Positions 1-6,952 of a stretch of DNA of 24,000 bases are shown piece by piece. Position 1 is the first letter of the stretch. Each line of letters starts with the position of its first letter. The position numbers and the translations under genes were made by a program. Source of the DNA: an uncultured Chloroflexia bacterium (GTDB lineage: Bacteria; Chloroflexota; Chloroflexia; Chloroflexales; Kallotenuaceae); assembly GCA_963810425.1 (NCBI GenBank), contig CAWENH010000004.1:78746-102745 (forward strand), in the 5' to 3' direction. The notes beneath the pieces are model-generated. The model saw only the letters and a list, made by a program, of their open reading frames with translations. It did no database searches and had not been told where the DNA came from.

Positions 1-1003
1 GCCACCCGTACTGCGCCGTCAGCCCGTTGGTGTACAGCTCGCGGTGCTGGCGCAGCAGGCTCAGCTTGCTGCCGCCGCCGGGGATCGCGCAGGTGCTGGA
101 GAGCAGAATCCGCACGTTGAAGCGCAGCATCATGGCGTGCAGAGCGGCCCGCAGCACCGTGTAATTAAGCGCGGTGCCGGCGATGATCACCGTGCGCTGC
201 TCGTCGTAGCGCGCGCCCTGCGGGTGGCCGTGCTGCGAGGCTCGCAGGATCGCGTCGAAGTGGTTGCCGTGCAGGCCGCGCTCGTCGGGCGCCACCTCGT
301 CCGACAGCCCCAGCTTTGGGAACGGGATGATCCGGGCATCGGGCGCGGCGATGCCGGCGGCGATGTCGTTGCTGATCCGCGCGCGCTCGGCGTCGAGCAG
401 CTCGCCGAACACCGGCGCCAGCTGCGCGACCTCCTCCTGGCAGTGGACGAAGAACAGCCCGAACTCAGCGTCCTGCGGTTCGCCAAACACCACCCGCCAC
501 TCGCCCACCGTCAGATGATCTTCGTGCAGCAGCCGCTCGGCCAGCGAGGGGTAGCGCTCGATCTTGCGGCGGTCCTCGGGCAGCAGCTGCTCATACAGCT
601 GCTTGGTCAGCCGCGTCGGCGTCAGGGCGTCGTTGTCGAACAGTGCGGGGTTGGTGTGAAAATCAAACGGCACCAGCGTCAGAATGTCCTGCGCCACGGC
701 CTGCCGCGCCAGCAGCGCCAGCGCCGCGTACTCGGGGGCGTCCAGCGGCAGCAGCCCGCCGCCGCTCTTGGGCGCCGCGCCGTCCCACTCCAGGGCCAGC
801 GGGTCGGTGATGATCAGGACCGGCTTGCGCCGCCCGCCCGGCCACACGCCGGCGCTGCGCACCGTGATCGTGCTGGTCCCCAGATACCGCTGCCAGAACG
901 GAAACCGCGCGGTCACGGGCGTCGTCGTCGGGGTCCAGATGGCGTCGTCGGGGCGGTGCGGCACCGCGCTGCGGTACATGGGCTTCCAAGCGTTCGTAGT
1001 CAT
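1..1003 (-). CDS. hypothetical protein, N-terminal ~334 codons; C-terminus lies beyond the left edge
   Basis: ATG at 1003..1001, 5 nt downstream of GGAGGA (rc of tcctcc 1009-1014). The frame is open to position 1. My hand translation (MTTNAWKPMYRSAVPHRPDDAIW...IIAGTALNYTV...AIPGGGSKL) has ordinary composition, whereas the listed + ORF 44..1027 is Arg/Ala/Gly/Gln-rich shadow. No family recognised. Confidence 0.6.
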   Translation of the reverse strand, partial: MTTNAWKPMYRSAVPHRPDDAIWTPTTTPVTARFPFWQRYLGTSTITVRSAGVWPGGRRKPVLIITDPLALEWDGAAPKSGGGLLPLDAPEYAALALLARQAVAQDILTLVPFDFHTNPALFDNDALTPTRLTKQLYEQLLPEDRRKIERYPSLAERLLHEDHLTVGEWRVVFGEPQDAEFGLFFVHCQEEVAQLAPVFGELLDAERARISNDIAAGIAAPDARIIPFPKLGLSDEVAPDERGLHGNHFDAILRASQHGHPQGARYDEQRTVIIAGTALNYTVLRAALHAMMLRFNVRILLSSTCAIPGGGSKLSLLRQHRELYTNGLTAQYGW

Positions 1004-1019
1004 ATCAATCCTCCAAGTG

Positions 1020-1040
1020 GCGAGTAGCGAGTAGCGTGCG
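1020..1040. repeat. heptamer tandem GCGAGTA x2 plus a degenerate third copy (gcgtgcg), directly abutting the 21-bp array
   Basis: Read directly: gcgagta(1020-1026) gcgagta(1027-1033) gcgtgcg(1034-1040). The complementary word recurs at 1447-1456 and 3612-3640. Confidence 0.85.
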
Positions 1041-1049
1041 AGCGTTGCC

Positions 1050-1365
1050 GAAGGTCGTGCAGGTCTTGCCGAAGGTCGTGCAGGTCTTGCCGGAGCGCGT
1101 GTAGGTCTTGCCGGAGCGCGTGCAGGTCTTGCCGAAGCCGCGTGCAGGTCTTGCCGAAGCGCGTGCAGGTCTTGCCGAAGCGCGTGCAGGTCTTGCCGAA
1201 GGTCGTGCAGGTCTTGCCGAAGCGCGTGCAGGTCTTGCCGGAGCGCGTGCAGGTCTTGCCGGAGCGCGTGCAGGTCTTGCCGGAGCGCGTGCAGGTCTTG
1301 CCGGAGCGCGTGCAGGTCTTGCCGAAGCGCGTGCAGGTCTTGCCGAAGCGCGTGCAGGTCTTGCC
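1050..1365. repeat. tandem array of 15 units of 21 bp (one unit is 22 bp), with invariant core CGTGCAGGTCTTGCC and a variable 5' part
   Basis: Counted unit by unit. The variable part is gaaggt (units 1, 2, 8), ggagcg (units 3, 4, 10-13) or gaagcg (units 6, 7, 9, 14, 15). Unit 5 (1134-1155) is gaagccg with one extra c, giving 22 nt. Unit 3 has a single core change, c to t, at 1102. There are no spacers. The array lies between the FHA gene stop (1451) and the start of the gene at 1003. Confidence 0.97.
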
Positions 1366-1403
1366 ATCGTCCCCTCTTTGCGCCTCTGCGTTAAAACCCC
1401 CCG

Positions 1404-1435
1404 CGTCTTTGCGCTCTTTGCGTCTTTGCGGTTCA
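1404..1435 (-). repeat. 32-nt element, copy A; the minus strand reads TGAACCGCAAAGACGCAAAGAGCGCAAAGACG
   Basis: Matches 30 of 32 nt with 3275..3306 in inverted orientation. Contains three GCAAAGA words. Confidence 0.9.
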
Positions 1436-1450
1436 GCCTCCTCTGACTCG

Positions 1451-1969
1451 CTACTCCGCGAAGCGAAGCAGCAGGCCCGGCGCGCGGCGGGCGGGGTCAG
1501 CCCACGGATCGCCCAGCACCAGCACATCGCCCGGCCGGAGCTGGCCCGAGCGGCCAGTCTCCAGGCTGGTGGTGCGCCCGCGGTCGCCGCCCAGCCAGAT
1601 CACCGTCGTCGCCGCGCCCTCGCGGGTGATGTGCAGCGTGTGATCCGCGTGCCGCACGACCAGCTGGCGGCGGCTGACGCCGTACTGGCGGCCGGCGGCG
1701 GCAACGTGGGGCGTCAGCCAGCCATGAATATCGAGGTCGGGCGCCTGGCCGTTCCAGGACCGGCCTAGCACCAGCGGCGTATTGAGCTGCGTGACCGCGA
1801 GCAGCTCGCCGGTCGGCTGCAGTGTGGCGGCGTCAAGGCGCTCCAGGTGGGGCGGCGCCGCCACAGGTTGCGGCGTGACGCCGGCCAGCGAGCCCAGGCA
1901 CCCCGCGCACCACAGCGCCTGCTCGTCGTTGTTGTGGCCGCAGGCCGGGCAGCACAGCACCTGGTCCAT
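1451..1969 (-). CDS. zinc-ribbon plus FHA-like domain protein (172 aa)
   Basis: Listed ORF. N-terminal CPACG-x10-CAGC zinc-ribbon pattern. C-terminal half has an FHA-like layout (LVLGRS..., GVSRRQLVVRH, LRPGDVLVLG). The start lies 2 nt after the upstream ORF stop, an operon arrangement. Confidence 0.75.
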   Translation of the reverse strand: MDQVLCCPACGHNNDEQALWCAGCLGSLAGVTPQPVAAPPHLERLDAATLQPTGELLAVTQLNTPLVLGRSWNGQAPDLDIHGWLTPHVAAAGRQYGVSRRQLVVRHADHTLHITREGAATTVIWLGGDRGRTTSLETGRSGQLRPGDVLVLGDPWADPARRAPGLLLRFAE

Positions 1970-1971
1970 AG

Positions 1972-2406
1972 CTAGCTACCCAGCTGATCGAGGCCGTCCT
2001 CGGGCAAAACGAGCCGGGTGCGCGCCGAGCGCTGCTGGTTGACATCGCCCGAGCCGAGCGCCGTCAGGTCGGCCAGCAGCGTCGTGCCGACCGCGCCGCC
2101 CAGCTGGGTGGCCATCGTCTGGGCGCGGGTGATCAGCGTCTGGTCGCCGGACGCCACGCCATCCTGCGCCGTGACCCGCGCCGCCGTCGCCAGCATCGTC
2201 TTGGCCAGCGTCTGGTCGGGCGCCGCGACCTGGGCCGGGTTGTCGGTCAATCCGACCTCAATCGCCAGCCGCGTCTCGACCGGGCCGTCGCCGGTCTCGC
2301 ACTGCACCACCAGCTGGCCGCACGTCCACATAGCCCCGGCCGGCGCGTCGCCCTGCAGCTCGAAGCTATAGCTGGCGCCCGTCGCGCCCAGCAGCCCGAG
2401 AATCAT
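1972..2406 (-). CDS. hypothetical protein (about 144 aa from ATG 2406); possibly the displaced C-terminal part of the upstream VWA protein
   Basis: Frame of listed ORF 1972..2499. The part upstream of the internal ATG at 2406 (MILGLLGATGASYSFELQGD...) is Arg/Ala/Cys-rich and overlaps the VWA frame. G/C-rich third positions switch to this frame exactly at 2406. Confidence 0.5.
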   Translation of the reverse strand: MILGLLGATGASYSFELQGDAPAGAMWTCGQLVVQCETGDGPVETRLAIEVGLTDNPAQVAAPDQTLAKTMLATAARVTAQDGVASGDQTLITRAQTMATQLGGAVGTTLLADLTALGSGDVNQQRSARTRLVLPEDGLDQLGS

Positions 2407-3206
2407 CCACCGCCTCGCCGCCGCGCAGCACCGGCACGCGACGGACCTGCGGGCGGGTGCGGGTCCAGTCGGCGACCGCCACGCCGGCGCGCGGCACAAA
2501 CGACACCAGCACGCCGTGGGCGGCGGTCGCGGCCACGCGCTGGGCCAGCTGGGCGAACATCGCCCCGAGATCGGCGGTCCCGGCCGTCACATGCTGCAGC
2601 ACCGAGCCGCCGCCGGCCAGCCCGGCCCAGCAATTCAGTACGTCGTAGTCGTAGGCCACGCCCATGCCGAACAGCGCCAGATCAATGCCGGCCTGCCGCA
2701 GCTCGGCGCACAGCTTCTGGCAGCGCTGCTCGTCGTCGGCGGGATTGACGCTGGACTGGCCATCGGTCAGCAGCACCAGGACGCGCGGGCCGGCGGCGCT
2801 TTTCAGCACGCTCGTCACCGCCGCCAGCGGCTCGGCGAAGCGCGTGGCGCCGCTGGCGTGCAGCTGCTTGGCGGCCTTGCGGAGCGCCGGGCCGCTCTGC
2901 CGCAGCCCGGATGGGCGATGCAGCCAGCGAAACTCGTCGTTGAAGGCTACCAGGCCGACCGTCGTCTGCGCCGGCAGCGCGTCGAAGGCCGCGTCGAGCG
3001 CCTTGCGGGCCAGGCGTAGGCCCTGATCCTGCCGGGGGCCGTCGCCCATGCTGGTCGAACTCATCGACCACAAAGATCACCGTCGCCGGCAGCGCCGCCG
3101 CCGTCATCGCGGGCGTCAGCGTGATCACGCCCTGCACCCGCGCCCCCGCTCGCCGCCGAATCGTCGGCTGCACCAGCTGGACTGTCGCATCTACCTGTGT
3201 TGCCAT
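2366..3206 (-). pseudogene. von Willebrand factor type A (VWA) domain protein, with the reading frame interrupted by a 1-nt indel at the MIDAS motif (assembly error or genuine pseudogene)
   Basis: ORF 2682..3218 encodes MATQVDATVQL...LPATVIFVVDEF and then becomes Arg/Ala/Gly junk. ORF 2366..3073 (TTG start, TGA immediately upstream in its frame) begins ...SSTSMGDGPRQDQGLRLARKALDAAF and continues VLVLLTDGQS...ALFGMGVAYD. Skipping one nt near 3057-3062 gives VIFVVD(E/S)STSMGDG, a canonical DxSxS. Start favoured at ATG 3206 (GGAGG 5 nt upstream); ATG 3218 is also possible. Confidence 0.75.
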
Positions 3207-3220
3207 GATGGCCTCCATTC

Positions 3221-3252
3221 GAGTTTTCAGTTTTCAGTGGTCAGTTTTCAGA
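3221..3252. repeat. heptamer word repeat TTTTCAG x3, with an extra TCAG
   Basis: Read directly: gag ttttcag ttttcag tgg tcag ttttcag a. Located immediately upstream of the VWA start. Confidence 0.85.
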
Positions 3253-3274
3253 GGGACGAGTGACGAGAGCGAGT

Positions 3275-3306
3275 TGAACCGCAAAGAAGCAAAGAGCGCA
3301 AAGAAG
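3275..3306 (+). repeat. 32-nt element, copy B; the plus strand reads TGAACCGCAAAGAAGCAAAGAGCGCAAAGAAG
   Basis: Inverted partner of 1404..1435. The two mismatches both fall at the A/C position after a GCAAAGA word. Confidence 0.9.
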
Positions 3307-3338
3307 GACGAGAGATTTGAGATGGGCTGGCGCTGGGC

Positions 3339-3563
3339 TTACTTGGCGGCCATGGCGTGCTGGGCGGCTGGCAGGCGGAGCGGCGCTGTGGGCGCGCCGC
3401 CAACGATGCGGCTGAGCGCGGCGCTGACCAGCAGCGCGACCACGATTAGCCGAAACCACCGTGGCAGCTCGACGCCGTGCAGCTCCAGCGAACCCGCCAG
3501 CTGATTGACGCCGACAAAAAAGATGGTCCCCAGAAACATCGCACTCACCAGCAGCATGCCCAT
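3339..3563 (-). CDS. small membrane protein (74 aa, two hydrophobic helices)
   Basis: Listed ORF MGMLLVSAMFLGTIFFVGVNQL...FRLIVVALLVSAAL. GAAAGG lies upstream of the ATG. Same strand as the neighbouring genes. Confidence 0.5.
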   Translation of the reverse strand: MGMLLVSAMFLGTIFFVGVNQLAGSLELHGVELPRWFRLIVVALLVSAALSRIVGGAPTAPLRLPAAQHAMAAK

Positions 3564-3611
3564 CGTCGTTGCCTTTCTATTGTGTTGGCCGTGCCAGGCC
3601 GCCCAAACTCC

Positions 3612-3640
3612 ACTCGGTACTCGCTACTCGGTTACTCGCT
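3612..3640. repeat. heptamer tandem ACTCG(G/C)T x4, the complement of the (G/C)CGAGTA word
   Basis: actcggt actcgct actcggtt actcgct, read directly. Overlaps the last codons and stop of the nicotinamidase gene. Contains ctcgctactc (3620-3629), identical to 1447-1456 and the reverse complement of 1022-1031. Confidence 0.85.
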
Positions 3641-4204
3641 GATCTCGTCGCTGGTGGCCAGCACCGCGCCGGCGGCGGTCAGCTCGGCCAGCGCGCGCTC
3701 GCCGTCGCCGGGCTGCACATTGACCGCGCGGATCGCATCGGTGACGACGACGGTGGCGAAGCCAGCCTGGAGCGCGTCGAGGGCCGTGGCCCGCACGCAG
3801 TAGTCGGTGGCCAGCCCGGTCACAAAGACCCGCTCGACGCCTTTGCTGCGCAGCCAGTCGCTGAGGCCGGTGCCGTCGAAGCCGGAGTAGGCGTCGCGCT
3901 CGGTGGTCGTGGCTTTGAGGACGACGTTGCTGAACTGCTCGTCGCGCAGGCCGGTGGGGAACGCGGCGCCGGTGGTCTCGGCCACACAGTGTGCGGGCCA
4001 GATGCCGCCGCTCGCGCTGAACGAGCAGTGGTCGCCGGGGTGCCAGTCTTTGGTGGCGACGGCCAGCGGCAGCTTGGCGAGCAGCGCCAGCGTCGGCGCG
4101 ATCACCGCGTCGCCGTCGGTGACGGCCAGCGCGCCGCCGGGCAGAAAGTCGTTCTCGATGTCAACCGCGATCAGCGCGTCGGTGGGGCGGATGGTCAGTG
4201 TCAT
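3632..4204 (-). CDS. pncA: nicotinamidase / isochorismatase-family hydrolase
   Basis: MTLTIRPTDALIAVDIENDFLPGGALAV...KDWHP..H.SF...WPAHCV...VTGLATDYCV has the isochorismatase/nicotinamidase layout (D, K, C triad context). ATG 4204 is preceded by AGGAG. The upstream extension of the listed ORF to 4234 is not needed. Confidence 0.85.
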   Translation of the reverse strand: MTLTIRPTDALIAVDIENDFLPGGALAVTDGDAVIAPTLALLAKLPLAVATKDWHPGDHCSFSASGGIWPAHCVAETTGAAFPTGLRDEQFSNVVLKATTTERDAYSGFDGTGLSDWLRSKGVERVFVTGLATDYCVRATALDALQAGFATVVVTDAIRAVNVQPGDGERALAELTAAGAVLATSDEISE

Positions 4205-4379
4205 GTCCGTACTCCTGGTGTAGTAATCACACAAAGCAGTGTGGTGAAAAAAGCGGCCGCGCCGCAGGGTGGTGTCCGTCGCCAGTCTCGGCTGGCTTGT
4301 TGTCTCTCTTACACAAAGGAGTATAGCACCTTCGGAGAAAATGTCAAGATGACACTTTAGGACTTAAGACTGATCCCGC

Positions 4380-4408
4380 TTGACGCCACGGCCACTCTCC
4401 CATATCGT
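4380..4408 (+). promoter_or_regulatory. candidate sigma-70-type promoter, TTGACG-17 nt-TATCGT, upstream of the antiporter gene
   Basis: Hexamers read at 4380-4385 and 4403-4408 with a 17-nt spacer. Sequence-only inference. Confidence 0.3.
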
Positions 4409-4470
4409 AGCGCCGAAACCCCGGCGGCCCAGCGTTTCCCCGCGCCGGGCCGCGCTAGCGAGGAGTCCCC

Positions 4471-5598
4471 ATGAAATACCTGCGCTACATGCTGGTGTTC
4501 GTCCCGTTGGCCGTGCTCGCCGAGTTCGTCATCCACAATGAGCTGATGATCTTTTTGTTCTCAGCCATCGCGCTGATCCCGCTGGCCGGCCTGCTGGGCG
4601 AGGCCACCGAGGAGCTGGCGATCCACACCGGGCCAAAGATCGGCGGCCTGCTCAACGCCACCCTCGGCAACGCCGCCGAGCTGATCATCTCAGTCGTAGC
4701 GCTCAGCGCCGGCAAGTACGACTTGATCAAAGTCTCGCTGACCGGCTCGATCATCGGCAACCTGCTGCTGATCCTCGGCTTTTCACTGCTGCTGGGCGGG
4801 CTGCGCAACGGCGTGCAAAAGTTCGACCCGCGCCTGGCCGGCCTGGCCGCCTCAATGATGCTGATGGCGGTGATTGGCCTGGTCATCCCCACGCTGTTTG
4901 AGCTGATCAAAGAGATTCAGGCCGGCAAGGTGGACACGCTGAATACCACCGTCAACGACCCACAGCTCAACTATATTTCGCTGGGCGTGGCCGCGGTGCT
5001 GATGCTGATCTATATCCTGTCGCTGGTCTACCAGTTTCGGAGCAACGCCGGCGCCGCCAGCCACACCGGCTTCGGCGAGGCCGAGGAGATCGAGGCGCAC
5101 ACGGCCAAGTGGAGCGTGCGGACCGCCTCAATTATTCTGGCGGTCGCGACGCTGGCGATTGTGTTCATGAGCGAATTTCTGGTCGGCGTGGTCGAGCCGG
5201 TCGCCAAGTCCCTGGGCGTGCGCGAGATTTTCCTGGGCGTGATCGTGATCCCAATCGTCGGCAACGTCGCCGAGCACCTGGTCGGCGTGCAGGCGGCGAT
5301 CAAAAACAAGATGGAGCTGTCGCTCAACATCTCGCTCGGCTCCTCAATGCAGATCGCGCTGTTTGTCGCGCCGCTGATGGTGTTTCTGAGCCTGTTCATC
5401 GGGCCGTCGGTGCCGGGCGCCGGGCTGTTCGGCCGCCAGGAGCTGACGCTGTTTTTCAGCCTGTTCGAGGTGATGATCCTGGGGCTGACGGTCCTGATCG
5501 CCAGCTTTATCTCGCTGGACGGCGAGTCTAACTGGCTGGAGGGCGCGATGCTGCTGGGCGTCTACGTCATCGCGGCGCTGGGCTTTTTCTTTCTCTAG
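4471..5598 (+). CDS. cax: Ca2+/H+ antiporter (CaCA family, ChaA/Cax type)
   Basis: 375-aa polytopic protein with the two alpha-repeat signatures ([10 protein letters not shown]... and [10 protein letters not shown]...). GAGGAG lies upstream of the ATG. Confidence 0.9.
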   Translation: MKYLRYMLVFVPLAVLAEFVIHNELMIFLFSAIALIPLAGLLGEATEELAIHTGPKIGGLLNATLGNAAELIISVVALSAGKYDLIKVSLTGSIIGNLLLILGFSLLLGGLRNGVQKFDPRLAGLAASMMLMAVIGLVIPTLFELIKEIQAGKVDTLNTTVNDPQLNYISLGVAAVLMLIYILSLVYQFRSNAGAASHTGFGEAEEIEAHTAKWSVRTASIILAVATLAIVFMSEFLVGVVEPVAKSLGVREIFLGVIVIPIVGNVAEHLVGVQAAIKNKMELSLNISLGSSMQIALFVAPLMVFLSLFIGPSVPGAGLFGRQELTLFFSLFEVMILGLTVLIASFISLDGESNWLEGAMLLGVYVIAALGFFFL

Positions 5599-5774
5599 TC
5601 GTCGGGGTCGGCGTCGTCATCGTCGGGCCGTGGATCGCCCAGCGCCCCCAGCTCGCGGATGCGCTGGGCGAAGCCCCATACCACCCCGAGGGCCAGCGAG
5701 CTGACTATAATCCCGACGACCGCCGCGACCACCAGCAGCAGTGTCGCGCTGGAGCTTGTTTGTAAAAATACCAT
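5595..5774 (-). CDS. small membrane protein with acidic C-terminal tail (59 aa)
   Basis: Tail of listed ORF 5595..6059 from the internal ATG 5774: MVFLQTSSSATLLLVVAAVVGIIVSSLALGVVWGF...[10 protein letters not shown]. The upstream part of that ORF is antisense to the zinc-ribbon gene. TATACT lies 6 nt upstream of the ATG on the minus strand. Confidence 0.4.
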   Translation of the reverse strand: MVFLQTSSSATLLLVVAAVVGIIVSSLALGVVWGFAQRIRELGALGDPRPDDDDADPDD

Positions 5775-5813
5775 CGGGCAAGTATAGCAAAGCCCGAGAC
5801 GGAGGAGGAGAGT

Positions 5814-6029
5814 ATGATCATCATCGGCACGCGCTTTTTCACCTGGGGCAGCGACCGCGACGCCCAGTCGACGCGCTGCGGACAGTGCGGCACGGTCGGC
5901 CAGTTTATTCGCAAGCAGGGCATGCGCTTTATCACGGTATTTTTTATCATCCCGCTCATCCCGATCAGTGGCATCAAGCAGATGGTGCAGTGCCCCAACT
6001 GCGCGGCCCGCTACGAGGCCCAGGGCTAG
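5814..6029 (+). CDS. zinc-ribbon domain protein with an internal hydrophobic segment (71 aa)
   Basis: CGQCG ... CPNCAARY cysteine pairs flank FITVFFIIPLIPISG. Strong GGAGGAGGAG upstream of the ATG. Confidence 0.7.
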   Translation: MIIIGTRFFTWGSDRDAQSTRCGQCGTVGQFIRKQGMRFITVFFIIPLIPISGIKQMVQCPNCAARYEAQG

Positions 6030-6031
6030 CG

Positions 6032-6952
6032 GTGCTGAGCGTTGACCACCTGCAAACATTCCTGGCCGTCGCCGAGACCGGCAGCTTTACGGCGGCGGCG
6101 GCGCGGCTGGGCTTTACGCAGCCGGCGGTCAGCCAGCAGATTCGCGCCCTGGAGAGCCAGGTCGGCGCCACGCGGCTATTCCGGCGGGTTGGCCAGCGGA
6201 TGCAGCTGACGCCGGCCGGCGACACGCTGCTGAGCTTCGCCCGCGACCTGGTGACGCTGGCCGAGCGCGCCGAGCGCCAGCTGCAGGGCCTGCGCGGCAC
6301 CGCCGTGAGCCGCATCGAGCTGGCCTGCGCGCCCTCGCTGGGCGAGCGGCTGCTGCCGGCGCTGCTGGCCGCCTTTCGCGCCGACCACCCCGACGTGCAG
6401 TTTGCCGTCGAGGTCGGCGCCACCGAGCGGCTGGTCGGCTGGCTGAGCGAGGGCAGCGTGCAGGCGATTGTGGTCGACGAGCACCCGCGCCGCCGCACGC
6501 TGGAGGTGCTGGCGCTGGGCCTGGAGCCGGTCGTGGCCGTGGCGGCGCGCGGCGCGGCGCTGCTGGACGGCGCGCCCACCGTGAGCGCGCTGCGCGACAC
6601 GCCGCTGATCCTGCCGCAGCGCGGCACGCCGCTGCGCCGGCTCCTCGATGAGCAGTGGCGGCGGCGGGTCGGCGCCGCGCTGGTCGTCCTGGAGACCGAC
6701 AGCGTGACCCTGGCGCTCCAGGCCGCCGCCGCCGGGCTGGGCCTGGCGTTCGTGCCCGAGCACCGCGTCCCCAAAACCCGCGAGGTCGGCCTGGTCGCGC
6801 TGCCGGACTGGGAGATCGCGCAGCCGTGGTATCTGGTGCGGCTGCGCGGCATCGAGGGGCGGCGGGCGGTTGATGACCTGTGGGATTTTGCCGCCAGCGC
6901 CGCCGGCCGGCGGCTGATCGGGCGGCTCGGGCTACAGGCGGAGCACCCATGA
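6032..6952 (+). CDS. LysR-family transcriptional regulator
   Basis: Starting at GTG 6032, the product VLSVDHLQTFLAVAETGSFTAAAARLGFTQPAVSQQIRALE is a typical LysR HTH followed by a substrate-binding domain, about 306 aa. The listed ORF from 5741 is over-extended into the preceding genes. Confidence 0.85.
   Translation: MLSVDHLQTFLAVAETGSFTAAAARLGFTQPAVSQQIRALESQVGATRLFRRVGQRMQLTPAGDTLLSFARDLVTLAERAERQLQGLRGTAVSRIELACAPSLGERLLPALLAAFRADHPDVQFAVEVGATERLVGWLSEGSVQAIVVDEHPRRRTLEVLALGLEPVVAVAARGAALLDGAPTVSALRDTPLILPQRGTPLRRLLDEQWRRRVGAALVVLETDSVTLALQAAAAGLGLAFVPEHRVPKTREVGLVALPDWEIAQPWYLVRLRGIEGRRAVDDLWDFAASAAGRRLIGRLGLQAEHP

Noticed and set aside
1050-1365. The tandem array as a CRISPR locus.
   Set aside because: The units are directly adjacent with no unique spacers, the unit is only 21 nt, and no cas genes are nearby.
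4409-4470. 5' leader of the Ca2+/H+ antiporter gene with a 7-bp hairpin (cccggcg 4420-4426 / cgccggg 4443-4449), considered as a possible cation riboswitch.
   Set aside because: I could not recognise conserved cores of known metal riboswitches such as yybP-ykoY. The stem is short with a 16-nt loop. A covariance-model scan would be needed.
5595-5598. Convergent genes sharing their stop codons in a CTAG palindrome, here and again at 7788..7791.
   Set aside because: Any TAG preceded by C also creates a TAG on the other strand. In stop-poor GC-rich DNA, opposite-strand ORFs naturally end there, so this is probably coincidence.
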